Below, in pieces: positions 26,088 through 35,743 of a DNA stretch of 64,000 nt (its first letter is position 1; each line of letters opens with the position of its first letter). A model generated the notes under the pieces. The model saw only the letters and a program-made list of their open reading frames with translations, ran no database searches and had not been told where the DNA came from. Source of the stretch: an uncultured Gammaproteobacteria bacterium (GTDB taxonomy: Bacteria > Patescibacteriota > Microgenomatia > UBA8517); NCBI GenBank assembly GCA_964541395.1, contig CAZIPM010000002.1, positions 41,309 to 105,308 of the forward strand. The letters run 5' to 3'. Made by a program: the position numbers and the translations under genes.

Positions 26088-26834
26088 ATGAAGAGAGGGT
26101 TGAAAATCGCACTTGTAACAGGGGTATCAACTGGCATTGGGAAAGGTATTACAGAATTTTTATCCAAAAATGGATATCTTGTTCATGCAACATACAATGA
26201 AAGTAAAAAGGAAATATATCAGGCATTTGGGAAAAACCGTAATGTAATTATTCATCAATTAAATGTAAGTAATGAAAAAGAGGTAATCACTACACTAGAC
26301 AACATAAAACGTGAATCGAAAAAACTTGATTTACTAGTTAACAATGCCTCTGTCGATTTTTTAGTGACAATTGAGGATATGACTTCTATTCAATGGGATG
26401 AAACCTTTAACGTAAGAGCAAAAGGAACTTTTTTACTAACTAAATATAGCCTCGAATTATTAAGGAAATGTAAAAAGTCTACCATAATAAATATAACTTC
26501 TTCTTGGGCCTACGAGACTCAACCCTCATTCCCCGCTGCTGCTTCTGCGGAGGCTGCTAAAATGAATTTTACTAAAACATGCGCAGTTACCCTTGCTAAA
26601 TACGGAATCAGAACACATTCGGTAAATCCGGGTGTAACACGCACTCCTTTATGGGATCCTTGGGGAGTAGATGACAAAGGTTGGGAGCAAATGGCTAAAA
26701 ATAATCCACTAGGAAGGAACTGCACTTCGCTGGATGTAGCAAAAGTAATCTACTATTTAGACTCTGATGAAGCAGAATACTTAAACGGTGAGGAAATTTA
26801 CGTCAATGGCGGAAACCATTTGCGAAATTTGTAA
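26088..26834 (+). CDS. short-chain dehydrogenase/reductase (SDR) family oxidoreductase lacking the canonical YxxxK tyrosine
   Basis: ALVTGVSTGIGKG and NNAS motifs; the expected YxxxK position reads FPAAASAEAAK. Confidence 0.65.
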   Translation: MKRGLKIALVTGVSTGIGKGITEFLSKNGYLVHATYNESKKEIYQAFGKNRNVIIHQLNVSNEKEVITTLDNIKRESKKLDLLVNNASVDFLVTIEDMTSIQWDETFNVRAKGTFLLTKYSLELLRKCKKSTIINITSSWAYETQPSFPAAASAEAAKMNFTKTCAVTLAKYGIRTHSVNPGVTRTPLWDPWGVDDKGWEQMAKNNPLGRNCTSLDVAKVIYYLDSDEAEYLNGEEIYVNGGNHLRNL

Positions 26835-26856
26835 TAAATCATTAGGTTGGATATTA

Positions 26857-27300
26857 TTATTTTTCTACAACAATTGTAAGCGGCCCATCTAAGAAACAGT
26901 TAATTTCCATATAATCTCCAAAGCTTCCTGTTTCAATTTTCAAATTCTTATTTCTTAATTGCTCAACAAAATATAAATATAATTTCTTAGCATTTTCGGG
27001 ATCCTCAGCCTCAATAAAACTAGGTCTGTTTCCGTCTTTAGTATTTGCATATAAAGTAAATTGGGAAACAACTAGTATTTCTGACTTTGTATCTACAACT
27101 GAGAGGTTCATTTTATCTTTTTTATCAGACATTAGTCTTATTTTTAAAAGTTTTTCTACAAGTTGATCAGCATTTTTTTCCGTGTCACCCTTTTTAATCC
27201 CCAGAAGTACAAACAAACCTGCGCCAATTTCTCCCACAATTTCTTTGGTTTCTTTTTTTATTACTTTTGCTTTTTTGACTCGTTGTATTACTAATTTCAT
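26857..27300 (-). CDS. dtd: D-aminoacyl-tRNA deacylase
   Basis: MKLVIQRV..., SQFTL, GPLT; start placed at the internal ATG at 27300. Confidence 0.85.
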   Translation of the reverse strand: MKLVIQRVKKAKVIKKETKEIVGEIGAGLFVLLGIKKGDTEKNADQLVEKLLKIRLMSDKKDKMNLSVVDTKSEILVVSQFTLYANTKDGNRPSFIEAEDPENAKKLYLYFVEQLRNKNLKIETGSFGDYMEINCFLDGPLTIVVEK

Positions 27301-27330
27301 ATCAGTTTTTATAAATGTTATTTTACACAA

Positions 27331-27357
27331 AAAATCCCACTTTCTGTGGGACTCTTT
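27331..27357 (-). terminator. rho-independent terminator of rnpB (TCCCAC-AGAAA-GTGGGA then U6)
   Basis: plus-strand aaaaaatcccactttctgtggga. Confidence 0.6.
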
Positions 27358-27680
27358 GTGCTTTAGAGGCTGTAAGCCAGGTTCTGTTTTTCAGACAACT
27401 ATCTATCTAAGCCCTCAAACTTTAGATCGTCACCTGTTTTACCAGGTGTCGGGAAAACATCCTAATAACGACCTGCTCGGAGGTTGCGGCGCGGAGGATT
27501 GCCCGTTTCACTTTCCACTATCTTTTAGGGATAGTGCAAAATCGTCTCTGTTGCTCTAACTGTCCCATGACCATTTAATTGATCATGACCTCCAGACTTT
27601 CGTCTGGACACGCTGTTTTCCGCCGCCTGGACTTTCCTCTGTAGCTTTCACTACAGCAATTGTCTCACCTCTAAAGCTCA
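27358..27680 (-). ncRNA. rnpB: RNase P RNA (bacterial-type, compact, about 320 nt)
   Basis: Minus strand carries the P4 5' strand GAGGAAAGUCCAGGC and the 3' strand ACAGAACCUGGCUUA with covariation (CCGG becomes CCAGG/CCUGG); P1 pairs 5' GCUUUAGAGG with 3' CCUCUAAAGC. Extended -10 promoter TGATATAAT sits on the minus strand at 27684-27691 (plus coordinates), overlapping the stop codon of the upstream gene. No protein-like ORF; local GC is higher. Confidence 0.75.
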
Positions 27681-27689
27681 TACATTATA

Positions 27690-28664
27690 TCATTTTGAAG
27701 CAAACTTTTCTCTGAATATTATCTGAAGTGTTAAAACTACCGGCATGGAAATAATTATTCCAACCACACCTGCTAGTCTAAAACCAACCGATAATGCAAA
27801 TAAAGTAATAACAGGAGAAATACCCACCGATTTTTCCATTACCTTGGGAACAAATAAATAATTTTCAAGCTGTTGTATTAAAAATGTTAAACCTATGGCT
27901 GCAAAACCCAAAAACGGGCTGTAAGAAAAACCTAAAATTATTGCAGGGACAGCAGCAATAAGTGGTCCCAAGTAGGGAACGATTTCAAATAATCCGGCTA
28001 AAAGTCCAAGTGGCAGGGCATAAGGAATTCCCAAAATTAAAAAGCCTAAGTAACTAGATAATCCTACTAAAAACATCAAAAGAAGTTGTCCTCTAGCCCA
28101 TCCTCCTAATCTTTCTTCCCAAAGAGAAACTAATTCTGTATATTTATCACTGTTTTCTTTTCCAAACAGGAAACTTAAAGTATCGTCAAGTTTATTTCTC
28201 ATCAGAAGAAAATAAAATGCAAAAATTAAAACCGTCAATACATTGAAAACATTTGAAATAATTCCCAAACCTGCTTTGACAATTTGTGAAGGTACAGAAC
28301 CCAATGCAGAAATAAGTTGATTTAGAATTTCACCATTGGCAAACCGATCCAATCCCAATTGTTGAAGATTATAAGGTAACGAATTTACTAAGTTGGTAGT
28401 TTGTTCTACCAAAGGTGGAATAATTGCGGCAACCGCACCTCCAATAATACCAAAAATCAAAAGATACGAAACAAGAATAGAAACTATCCTGGGAACTTTA
28501 TATCCGTTTAATCTGTTGACTAAAGGATTTAAAATTGCAGCAATGATAAGAGCTACAAAAACCTGCAAAAGAATATCGCCTATTCTATATACTAACCATG
28601 AGGCAATAATTAAAAACAGCGCAAATAAAATTGTTTTGTGAGATATTTCGACTTTTCTTGTCAT
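27690..28664 (-). CDS. AI-2E family transporter (PerM/UPF0118)
   Basis: 324 aa; eight TM helices with a topology typical of the family. Confidence 0.7.
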   Translation of the reverse strand: MTRKVEISHKTILFALFLIIASWLVYRIGDILLQVFVALIIAAILNPLVNRLNGYKVPRIVSILVSYLLIFGIIGGAVAAIIPPLVEQTTNLVNSLPYNLQQLGLDRFANGEILNQLISALGSVPSQIVKAGLGIISNVFNVLTVLIFAFYFLLMRNKLDDTLSFLFGKENSDKYTELVSLWEERLGGWARGQLLLMFLVGLSSYLGFLILGIPYALPLGLLAGLFEIVPYLGPLIAAVPAIILGFSYSPFLGFAAIGLTFLIQQLENYLFVPKVMEKSVGISPVITLFALSVGFRLAGVVGIIISMPVVLTLQIIFREKFASK

Positions 28665-29576
28665 CTAACTTCTATTTAACCATTTTTTAACCAAAATTTC
28701 CACATTTTTATAGTAATCTTGTTCACTAATGTCAAACCAATTAATCCTTGTATCTTTTCTAAACCAAGTATATTGTCTTTTAACATACTGTTTTTCACTT
28801 TTAATCCATTCAACAATAAAATCTTCATAACCCAGTCCCGACTTTAAAAACTTTTCTGACTCACGATATCCAATTGATTTCATAGATTGATTCTTCCAGG
28901 AAACCCCAGACTTTAATAAATCTTCAACTTCATCAATAAAACCGTTATTCATCCTCATTTCGACCCTATCTCCAATTCTCTTGTCCAATAAATTGCTGTC
29001 TGCTTTAAGACCTATAAATAAAGTGTCATACCGTTGTTTTTCATATACCACTGACAGATGTTTGCTTCCGTTCTCCATTTTCCATATTGCTACTTCAATT
29101 GCCCTGACCAATCGCCTGGGGTTTTGTTTATCTGAAGAATTCAGAGACGCTGCTTTTGCAGAATCCAGAGTAGCTAATTGTTCAAATAATTCCAATATAT
29201 TTTTTTCTGTTAAAGTTTTTCTCAGATCTTCGTTCTTAGGTATGTCAACAGTACTTATGCCATCTACCACAGCTTTAATATAAAGTCCTGTTCCACCAAC
29301 CAAAATAGGTAGTTTATTTCTGGAATATATTTTTTTGATGACTTTTTGTGTAAAAGCTACGTATTGGGAAACACTGAAATTTTCACCAGGTTCCGCCAAA
29401 TCATAACCGTGTATCGGAACTTCTCCCCATTCTTTGCCTGTCCCTACATCCATTTTTTTATATAACTGTCTGGAGTCGGCAGAAACTAATTCACCGTTAA
29501 ATGATTTCGCCAATTTAAAAGCCAAGGAGGTTTTTCCGGTGGCTGTAAGGCCGCAGATTACCAATAGTTTTTTCAT
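28665..29576 (-). CDS. miaA: tRNA dimethylallyltransferase
   Basis: P-loop GLTATGKTSLA; DSRQLYK.MDVGTGK. Confidence 0.85.
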   Translation of the reverse strand: MKKLLVICGLTATGKTSLAFKLAKSFNGELVSADSRQLYKKMDVGTGKEWGEVPIHGYDLAEPGENFSVSQYVAFTQKVIKKIYSRNKLPILVGGTGLYIKAVVDGISTVDIPKNEDLRKTLTEKNILELFEQLATLDSAKAASLNSSDKQNPRRLVRAIEVAIWKMENGSKHLSVVYEKQRYDTLFIGLKADSNLLDKRIGDRVEMRMNNGFIDEVEDLLKSGVSWKNQSMKSIGYRESEKFLKSGLGYEDFIVEWIKSEKQYVKRQYTWFRKDTRINWFDISEQDYYKNVEILVKKWLNRS

Positions 29577-29585
29577 TTTTTTCTT

Positions 29586-30380
29586 TTAGCTGCTGGCGCT
29601 TGTATATTTTTTAAGAGCATATTTCCAAAACTGAAGAGACAACATAAATAGTGCCATTCCAAAAAGTACTGATGAGATAACTCCGATAGGATTAATCAAA
29701 CCCATAAAAGCTTTGGCAGGAATTGAAATCATAAGACCAATTGGTACAATAAATGTTATCAGGCTACGCAGTGGTTCTTTGTAAATGTCTATCGGAAATC
29801 TCCCCAGTCCTACCAAGTCTCTATAGATCATCACAGTGTGATCTATTTCTAAAGTAATTATTCCCATAGCCAATACCAGGATATGAAAGGCTGCAGAAAT
29901 AACAAGGCCGTTTAAAACTAAAATAACATAATAGAATATAGCCAATCCGCTTGGATTCAATAAGTTTCCTATATACCAGACAAGAATTACAAGAGGGGGA
30001 ATTGTAATTAAATCCGTCGCATCAGCACCCCCCAAAAGTACTCTAAAAAGGGGGCTCATGGGTTTTGTCAATATAAAATCAAAGGTACCTGAAATAATTT
30101 GTGGCCTAAATCTGTATACCTCCCGAAATAAAAACTGTCCTATTATATCAATGAGGTTGAAAGTCAAAAAGAAGAATAATGTTTGGTTTAAAGAATAGCC
30201 AGCTAAAGTATTAGTGCCTTTAAGTAAAAAATAAATAAAACCACCGAAAAAAGTAAATCTAATTATTTTTCCAATAAGAAAAACAATTATTGTGGGATTA
30301 TGATTAAACACAGGTAAAATATTTTTAACATTCAAGTGCCACCAAATTCTTAAATAATATTTAAATTTTTTAATATTCAT
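29586..30380 (-). CDS. ABC-2 type transporter permease
   Basis: Polytopic membrane protein, in an operon with the ATPase. Confidence 0.55.
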   Translation of the reverse strand: MNIKKFKYYLRIWWHLNVKNILPVFNHNPTIIVFLIGKIIRFTFFGGFIYFLLKGTNTLAGYSLNQTLFFFLTFNLIDIIGQFLFREVYRFRPQIISGTFDFILTKPMSPLFRVLLGGADATDLITIPPLVILVWYIGNLLNPSGLAIFYYVILVLNGLVISAAFHILVLAMGIITLEIDHTVMIYRDLVGLGRFPIDIYKEPLRSLITFIVPIGLMISIPAKAFMGLINPIGVISSVLFGMALFMLSLQFWKYALKKYTSASS

Positions 30381-31180
30381 CTTCCTTCTGAACTATAAAT
30401 TTTAAGACCACTTAACCAAATTTTTTTCATAATAATTGACAAAATCAAACTCCAAAACAACGCAACCATTATACCTTGCATAGACTCAACTATGGTTATC
30501 TGACCTAAATAGACCTGTAGCGGGAAAAAGACCAGATACGGAAAAGGTGTTAAATTAATTGTCTTTTGCCAGGTATCCGGAAATATATCTAAGGGGAAAA
30601 CTGCACCCGAAAGAAATTCCGTGATAATCATCATGAAGATAAACTGAGCCCCCCAAGCCAACTCCGGCATCCAAAATGTAACAAAACTGACAATCATCCT
30701 TATTACAAAAATCAGATAATTTGCTAGAAGAAGTATTATTAAAAATAAAAGTATATATAACAGATTAGATTGAAAAAAAAGCGGCGGTTTAAGAATTATC
30801 GCCAGAATAATAAATTCTGAAATTGAAAAGGCTAAATTTAAAGCCTTACTGGACAGATCTCTCGTTAACCAATATTTAAAATAATTAATCGGCCTTATCA
30901 AATAATTACTAAGTTTTCCGTCAGCAATTTCTCCCGGTATGTCAACTGAACGGGCGGAAAAAACAAGTGCTCTGATAATTATTATTCCAAATACGTATGT
31001 TAATATTTTCTCCCTGTTGTAACCGAAGACTTCAGTATTGGTGTCAGCGAATACCGAATTCCAAAGAAAATAAGTCAGGATTATCTGAAACATATTCCTG
31101 ACTCTCCACATAATAAAATTTATTTTATAGGCGAATTCCTGTTGGAATGAAATTGTAAAAATTGATATAAACTTTCTCAT
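30377..31180 (-). CDS. ABC-2 type transporter permease
   Basis: Polytopic membrane protein; start overlaps the ATPase stop. Confidence 0.55.
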   Translation of the reverse strand: MRKFISIFTISFQQEFAYKINFIMWRVRNMFQIILTYFLWNSVFADTNTEVFGYNREKILTYVFGIIIIRALVFSARSVDIPGEIADGKLSNYLIRPINYFKYWLTRDLSSKALNLAFSISEFIILAIILKPPLFFQSNLLYILLFLIILLLANYLIFVIRMIVSFVTFWMPELAWGAQFIFMMIITEFLSGAVFPLDIFPDTWQKTINLTPFPYLVFFPLQVYLGQITIVESMQGIMVALFWSLILSIIMKKIWLSGLKIYSSEGR

Positions 31181-32157
31181 TTATTTCTTCTGAATACTTT
31201 GCGGATGACGTCTTCAATAGGGGTCTCTTCAATATTCAAATCGGTTACCGGAAAATTTTGTAATATTTCGGAGGCGGCAATGGCTGCAGTTGCCCTAGGT
31301 ACTGAAAGTATTACTTCAGGAAATGCCATTTTTTTGATTTTTCCTACCTCCTCTAATTTTTTAATATTATCATCGGATGCCAGGGTAACTTTAATTATTT
31401 TTTCTTTAGCATAATCTGAAACCAATTTCTCCAAAGCTCCGTCAAAAATGATTTCACCTTCATCAATTACAATTACACGTCTTGCCAAATCCACCAGGTC
31501 ATTCATATTATGTGAAGTTAATAGGATAGTGGCTTTATTTATTTTATTGTATTCATAGATAAAGTCACGCAGTACTTGTTGGGCTACCAGATCCAGGCCT
31601 ATGGTTGGTTCATCCAAAAACAATACTTTTGGTTTATGGATTAATGCAGCAATAAGTTCCATTTTCATCCTTTGACCAAGAGAAAGTTTTCTGACAGAAG
31701 TTTTTAGTAATTTCCCCACATCCAAAAGTGCTACCAATTCTTCCAGATTCTTTTCATATTCTCTTGTTTTAAGTTCATAAATTTCTTTATTTAGTTCAAA
31801 GGTATCTATAGCCGGAAGATCCCACCACATTTGATTTTTTTGACCAAAGACTGCTGCAATTTTTTTTAAAAAATCGTGGGATTTATCCCAAGGGTTATAG
31901 TTTAAGACTGATACAAATCCTGAGGTTGGATATAATAACCCTGACAACGTTTTTAAAGTAGTAGTTTTTCCTGCTCCGTTTGGTCCTATAAACCCAACCA
32001 GTTCACCTTCTTGAAGAGAAAAGGAAATTGACCTAACAGCCCTAACTTTCTTTTTTTTAGGTTTAAAGATTGAAGTGACAGCTCCTTTTAAACCAGATTC
32101 TCTTTCAACAACTTCAAAATCTTTAATCAAACGATCGACTACGATAGCATAGTTCAT
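31177..32157 (-). CDS. ABC transporter ATP-binding protein
   Basis: Walker A GPNGAGKTT; signature LSLGQRMK; Walker B LFLDEPT. Confidence 0.85.
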   Translation of the reverse strand: MNYAIVVDRLIKDFEVVERESGLKGAVTSIFKPKKKKVRAVRSISFSLQEGELVGFIGPNGAGKTTTLKTLSGLLYPTSGFVSVLNYNPWDKSHDFLKKIAAVFGQKNQMWWDLPAIDTFELNKEIYELKTREYEKNLEELVALLDVGKLLKTSVRKLSLGQRMKMELIAALIHKPKVLFLDEPTIGLDLVAQQVLRDFIYEYNKINKATILLTSHNMNDLVDLARRVIVIDEGEIIFDGALEKLVSDYAKEKIIKVTLASDDNIKKLEEVGKIKKMAFPEVILSVPRATAAIAASEILQNFPVTDLNIEETPIEDVIRKVFRRNK

Positions 32158-32175
32158 GACTTTCTTAGTATAGCA

Positions 32176-32451
32176 TTAGCGGATTACCTGGCGCTTCAAA
32201 GTTTTTCCCGGAGTGAAACGTGGAGACCTATGAGTTTTGATAGTGACCATTGTATCTGTATTGGGGATTTTGACTGTCTTACCTTTCATGGAGATTACTC
32301 TAAAGGTACCAAAGCCTGATAAAACAACTTTTTCACCCTTGGCTAAAATTCTGCCAATTTCGGCTAGGAATACTTCAACAGCTTCTTCAGCTGCTCTTTT
32401 AGTTAAATGGGCCTTTCTTGAAACCTGATCTATTAAATCTCTCTTGGTCAT
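32176..32451 (-). CDS. hup: DNA-binding protein HU
   Basis: Reads FGTFRV...RNPRTG-like arm; 91 aa. Confidence 0.85.
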   Translation of the reverse strand: MTKRDLIDQVSRKAHLTKRAAEEAVEVFLAEIGRILAKGEKVVLSGFGTFRVISMKGKTVKIPNTDTMVTIKTHRSPRFTPGKTLKRQVIR

Positions 32452-32461
32452 TTCGACTCAA

Positions 32462-32490
32462 AGCATAAATCAAGACCTACTAATTGTCAA
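32462..32490 (-). promoter_or_regulatory. sigma70 promoter for hup (TTGACA, 17-nt spacer, TATGCT) with a very short leader
   Basis: plus-strand tgtcaa 32485-32490 and agcata 32462-32467. Confidence 0.45.
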
Positions 32491-32787
32491 TAGATTGGGC
32501 TAATTGACTTCAACATAAAAAACATCAACTTTATCGTGATTTGGAGTTTCACCCTTTTTTTGTTCATAGTTTTCCCCACGAGTAACCAATTCTACAAGCT
32601 TTGCTTTACCACCAGAAATAAGTATTGCTTTTTGTATTTCAGTTTTTGGTTCTTCTATACTCAATTTACTTCACCTTCTTTCAAAATAAAGGTTGGTCGC
32701 CAAAAAAATTTTCGAAAAACTTGCCTCCTGGAAATTAAGTATGAATGATAATTAACTTGAAAACAATATTGTAAAAAAATAATCTTT

Positions 32788-33027
32788 TTAATCTGATTGC
32801 ATTTCGGTCACTACTCTATCTAAATTTACTGCAGCTCGTGTAGCTATAAATTGTTGTGCTACCTCTAGGCTTACACCAGTCTCCTGGCTTATTTTTATTA
32901 TCAACTCTCTCATAGCTTCTTCGCCCTCGGAATTTCCGGCTTCTAGTATATCTAGATCAAATCGAACCAGGGTCGTATTTGTCTCTTGAAGTCTTTTAAG
33001 GATCGGGTCCATATCAGATCTTGACAT
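32788..33027 (-). CDS. hypothetical protein (79 aa)
   Basis: ORF immediately downstream of rny. Confidence 0.35.
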   Translation of the reverse strand: MSRSDMDPILKRLQETNTTLVRFDLDILEAGNSEGEEAMRELIIKISQETGVSLEVAQQFIATRAAVNLDRVVTEMQSD

Positions 33028-33040
33028 AATTAATAATACA

Positions 33041-34231
33041 CTATTTCGCAGATGTCGTCGCAGTTGCTCTGACTTCCCTGATTGCAGTAACTTTTACCTG
33101 ACCTGCATATTCAGCTTCTTTTTCCAATTTTCTGGCTATGTCATGGACAAGTACAGTCAACGCTTCATCGTCAACTTCTTCCGGTTTTACAATGACCCTA
33201 ACATCACGACCTGCTTGAAATGCATAACCTATTTCAACACCGGCAAATGAATTAACTAAGCTTTCTATTTTTTCCATTCTGGAAACATAACCTTCGTGCG
33301 GTTCGTATCTGGCTCCGGGACGACTACCTGAAATTGCATCAGCTATCCAAACTATAACCGACTCTAGAGCTGAAAATGGTTTATCTTCGTGGTGTTCTGC
33401 AACTGCTGCAACAACTTCTTTTGGAATAGCATATTTTTTAAGTGTGTTAACACCTGCCGTAATATGGTTACCTTCTTCGTCCGTAACAACTTTTCCTATA
33501 TCGTGAAGTAAACATCCTAATCTAACTATATCTACGTTTGCCCCCAGCTCTTCTGCAATGGCAATTCCCATCTTTGTTTCTTCAATAGTGTGAATTCCTA
33601 GGTTTTGACCATATGATGTTCTGAATCTGTAACGACCTATTAATTTAAGAAGTTCTAAAGGCAGACTGTAAACTCCACATTCTTCTGAAATTTTTTTACC
33701 TTCTTCCAATAAAACATCATCCATTTGCGATCGGGTTTGTTTTAATACTTCTTCTATTCTTGAGGGTTGAATTCTACTGTCCCTGATTAAAACTTCCAAG
33801 GCTCGTTTGGCAATTTCTCTTCTGATTGAATCAAAAGAAGACAACCTAATTTCATTAGTGTCATCAATGATAACTTCCACCATGGCATCTTTTTCAAATG
33901 CTCTGATATTTTTACCTTCCGCACCGATAATTCTTCCTTTTACTTCTTCATTGGGAACAGTAACCGAAGAAACGGTATATTCCGCTACATAATTGGTGGC
34001 ACCATGCTTCATAGCATCAGCCAAGATATCCTTAGCTTTCTCATTGGCTTCCAGTTTTACCCTTTCTTCAGCAGCCCTTATTTTTTTGGCTATTTCAGAA
34101 GTGAGTTCTTTTTGGACTTCATCCAAAAGAGACTTCCTGGCTTCATCAGCCGTCATCTTGGATACTTTTTCTAATGCTTTGATGTAATCAGTTTGTGCAG
34201 ACATATAAAATATGGAGTGTCTCTGAAGCAA
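33041..34231 (-). CDS. rny: ribonuclease Y (KH + HD domains; no obvious N-terminal TM helix)
   Basis: KH motif IGAEGKNIRAFE; HD motif LLHDIGK. Confidence 0.8.
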   Translation of the reverse strand: MLQRHSIFYMSAQTDYIKALEKVSKMTADEARKSLLDEVQKELTSEIAKKIRAAEERVKLEANEKAKDILADAMKHGATNYVAEYTVSSVTVPNEEVKGRIIGAEGKNIRAFEKDAMVEVIIDDTNEIRLSSFDSIRREIAKRALEVLIRDSRIQPSRIEEVLKQTRSQMDDVLLEEGKKISEECGVYSLPLELLKLIGRYRFRTSYGQNLGIHTIEETKMGIAIAEELGANVDIVRLGCLLHDIGKVVTDEEGNHITAGVNTLKKYAIPKEVVAAVAEHHEDKPFSALESVIVWIADAISGSRPGARYEPHEGYVSRMEKIESLVNSFAGVEIGYAFQAGRDVRVIVKPEEVDDEALTVLVHDIARKLEKEAEYAGQVKVTAIREVRATATTSAK

Positions 34232-34310
34232 ATTTTTCTAAAACTTTACCTATATTTAACCCCATGATTGTATTATAACACAATCCATAATTAAATTAAT
34301 TTCAAATATT

Positions 34311-34736
34311 TTATTCTTCAAGAAATCTAGCGAGAACTATACTTCTGGGTGAATTTCCATTATCAGGATAAAGACTAATCAATCGGACTTTAGAAAGATG
34401 CGTAAATTCTATTACTCCTAATTTGTCTTTTCTTGGACCGTTAACTCCTTCTGAATCTAAAATTTTTGGCTTTCCTGTACTCAATTCAGTTAAGAGTTGT
34501 TGTAGTTCCAAATCAGCTCTTGATTTTGAGAGTTTAACTTCTACAACATTGCGTGATCCACGGAAAAATACTCTAAGTCCTACAATTTTTTTAGAAAATC
34601 TTTCATCTCTAAAAGCACCATCTAAAGTAGAAAGATCTTTCAACATAGAAGCCACTAATGACTCCTGAGTTACTGCTTCAGCATCTGCTTCTTGTGTGCT
34701 TAAGTCATCCAACTGCACTCTTAAAATTTTATCCAC
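34311..34736 (-). CDS. hypothetical protein (141 aa)
   Basis: ORF between recX and rny. Confidence 0.35.
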   Translation of the reverse strand: MDKILRVQLDDLSTQEADAEAVTQESLVASMLKDLSTLDGAFRDERFSKKIVGLRVFFRGSRNVVEVKLSKSRADLELQQLLTELSTGKPKILDSEGVNGPRKDKLGVIEFTHLSKVRLISLYPDNGNSPRSIVLARFLEE

Positions 34737-34767
34737 ATTTTATTTTAAACTATGTAAATAGATAAAA

Positions 34768-35385
34768 TCAATTATTTATGATTTGAACAATCACATCCCA
34801 TCCGAATCCTTTACCAGCCAAGAATTGCGTAATTTTTTGTTTACGTGTATTTTCATCTAATTTTTCCCATTTATACATTTTTTTTTGAACTAGGGCTTTT
34901 GCAATATTTTTTTCGTCTATTTCTATTTCTCCGAGCACTTCTTTAATTAATTCATTATTAACTCCTTTAATTCTTAATTCCTGTGATAAAACTCTTTTGG
35001 GTTTAGGTTTAAATAATTGTCTTTGTTCCACCCACCATTTTGCAAACTTTTCATCGTCAATTAGTTCTAATCTTATTAGTTTGTTAAACAATTCATCAAA
35101 AGAACTTTCATGTACTTTTTTTCTTTTTAAATAATCTCTAACTTCTTTCTCCGATCTTGGTCTTAGTGTGGCAAACCTTAACAGTTTATCCAACGACTTT
35201 TGAAATTCACGCTTTTTAACAATTTCAGATATTTGTTCTTCAGAAAGTTCCTGATCAACTTTTAAATGGTGTTTTACAAAATTTTCCAGATCCAGTCCAA
35301 AACCAAATTTATTATCCAGATATATATTCACCCTCTTTTGGTTTTTCTGAGGTTTTATGGAAGTGATTATTGCCACTATTTGCAT
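34768..35385 (-). CDS. recX: recombination regulator RecX
   Basis: RecX-like triple-helical repeats; position after recA; start placed at the internal Met (MQIVAIITS...) because the upstream part looks like low-complexity read-through. Confidence 0.65.
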   Translation of the reverse strand: MQIVAIITSIKPQKNQKRVNIYLDNKFGFGLDLENFVKHHLKVDQELSEEQISEIVKKREFQKSLDKLLRFATLRPRSEKEVRDYLKRKKVHESSFDELFNKLIRLELIDDEKFAKWWVEQRQLFKPKPKRVLSQELRIKGVNNELIKEVLGEIEIDEKNIAKALVQKKMYKWEKLDENTRKQKITQFLAGKGFGWDVIVQIINN

Positions 35386-35743
35386 TTTATAACAAACAGT
35401 CATAAAATTCTGCAAATGACTCCAATAAGTAATATCAGACCAGCAAAAAACGAAGAGGTTGCAAAAGCAAATCAAATACTGGCTAAACGTCAAGCAACAC
35501 CTCCGCGAGTAGCTTTACCCGATCAAATAAAAGAAATTAGGGATGAATACATACGGTCAGGTGGGGCTATTACTATAGAATTTGAAGGAGAAAATTTAAT
35601 ACGTCAAGCTGAAAATACAAGCAGAAGTATACGGGGACATCTTACACACCAAGAGTTTGGCCTTACTAATCTGTCTTTAACTATCATTGACGAAGAAACT
35701 GACCCAAAAGTGGTAATGAAACGAAAAGGTCCTGAGAAATAAT

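Noticed and set aside
32536-32748. 70-aa plus-strand ORF in the hup upstream region
   Set aside because: Phe/Tyr-rich low-complexity sequence from a T-rich strand; no RBS.
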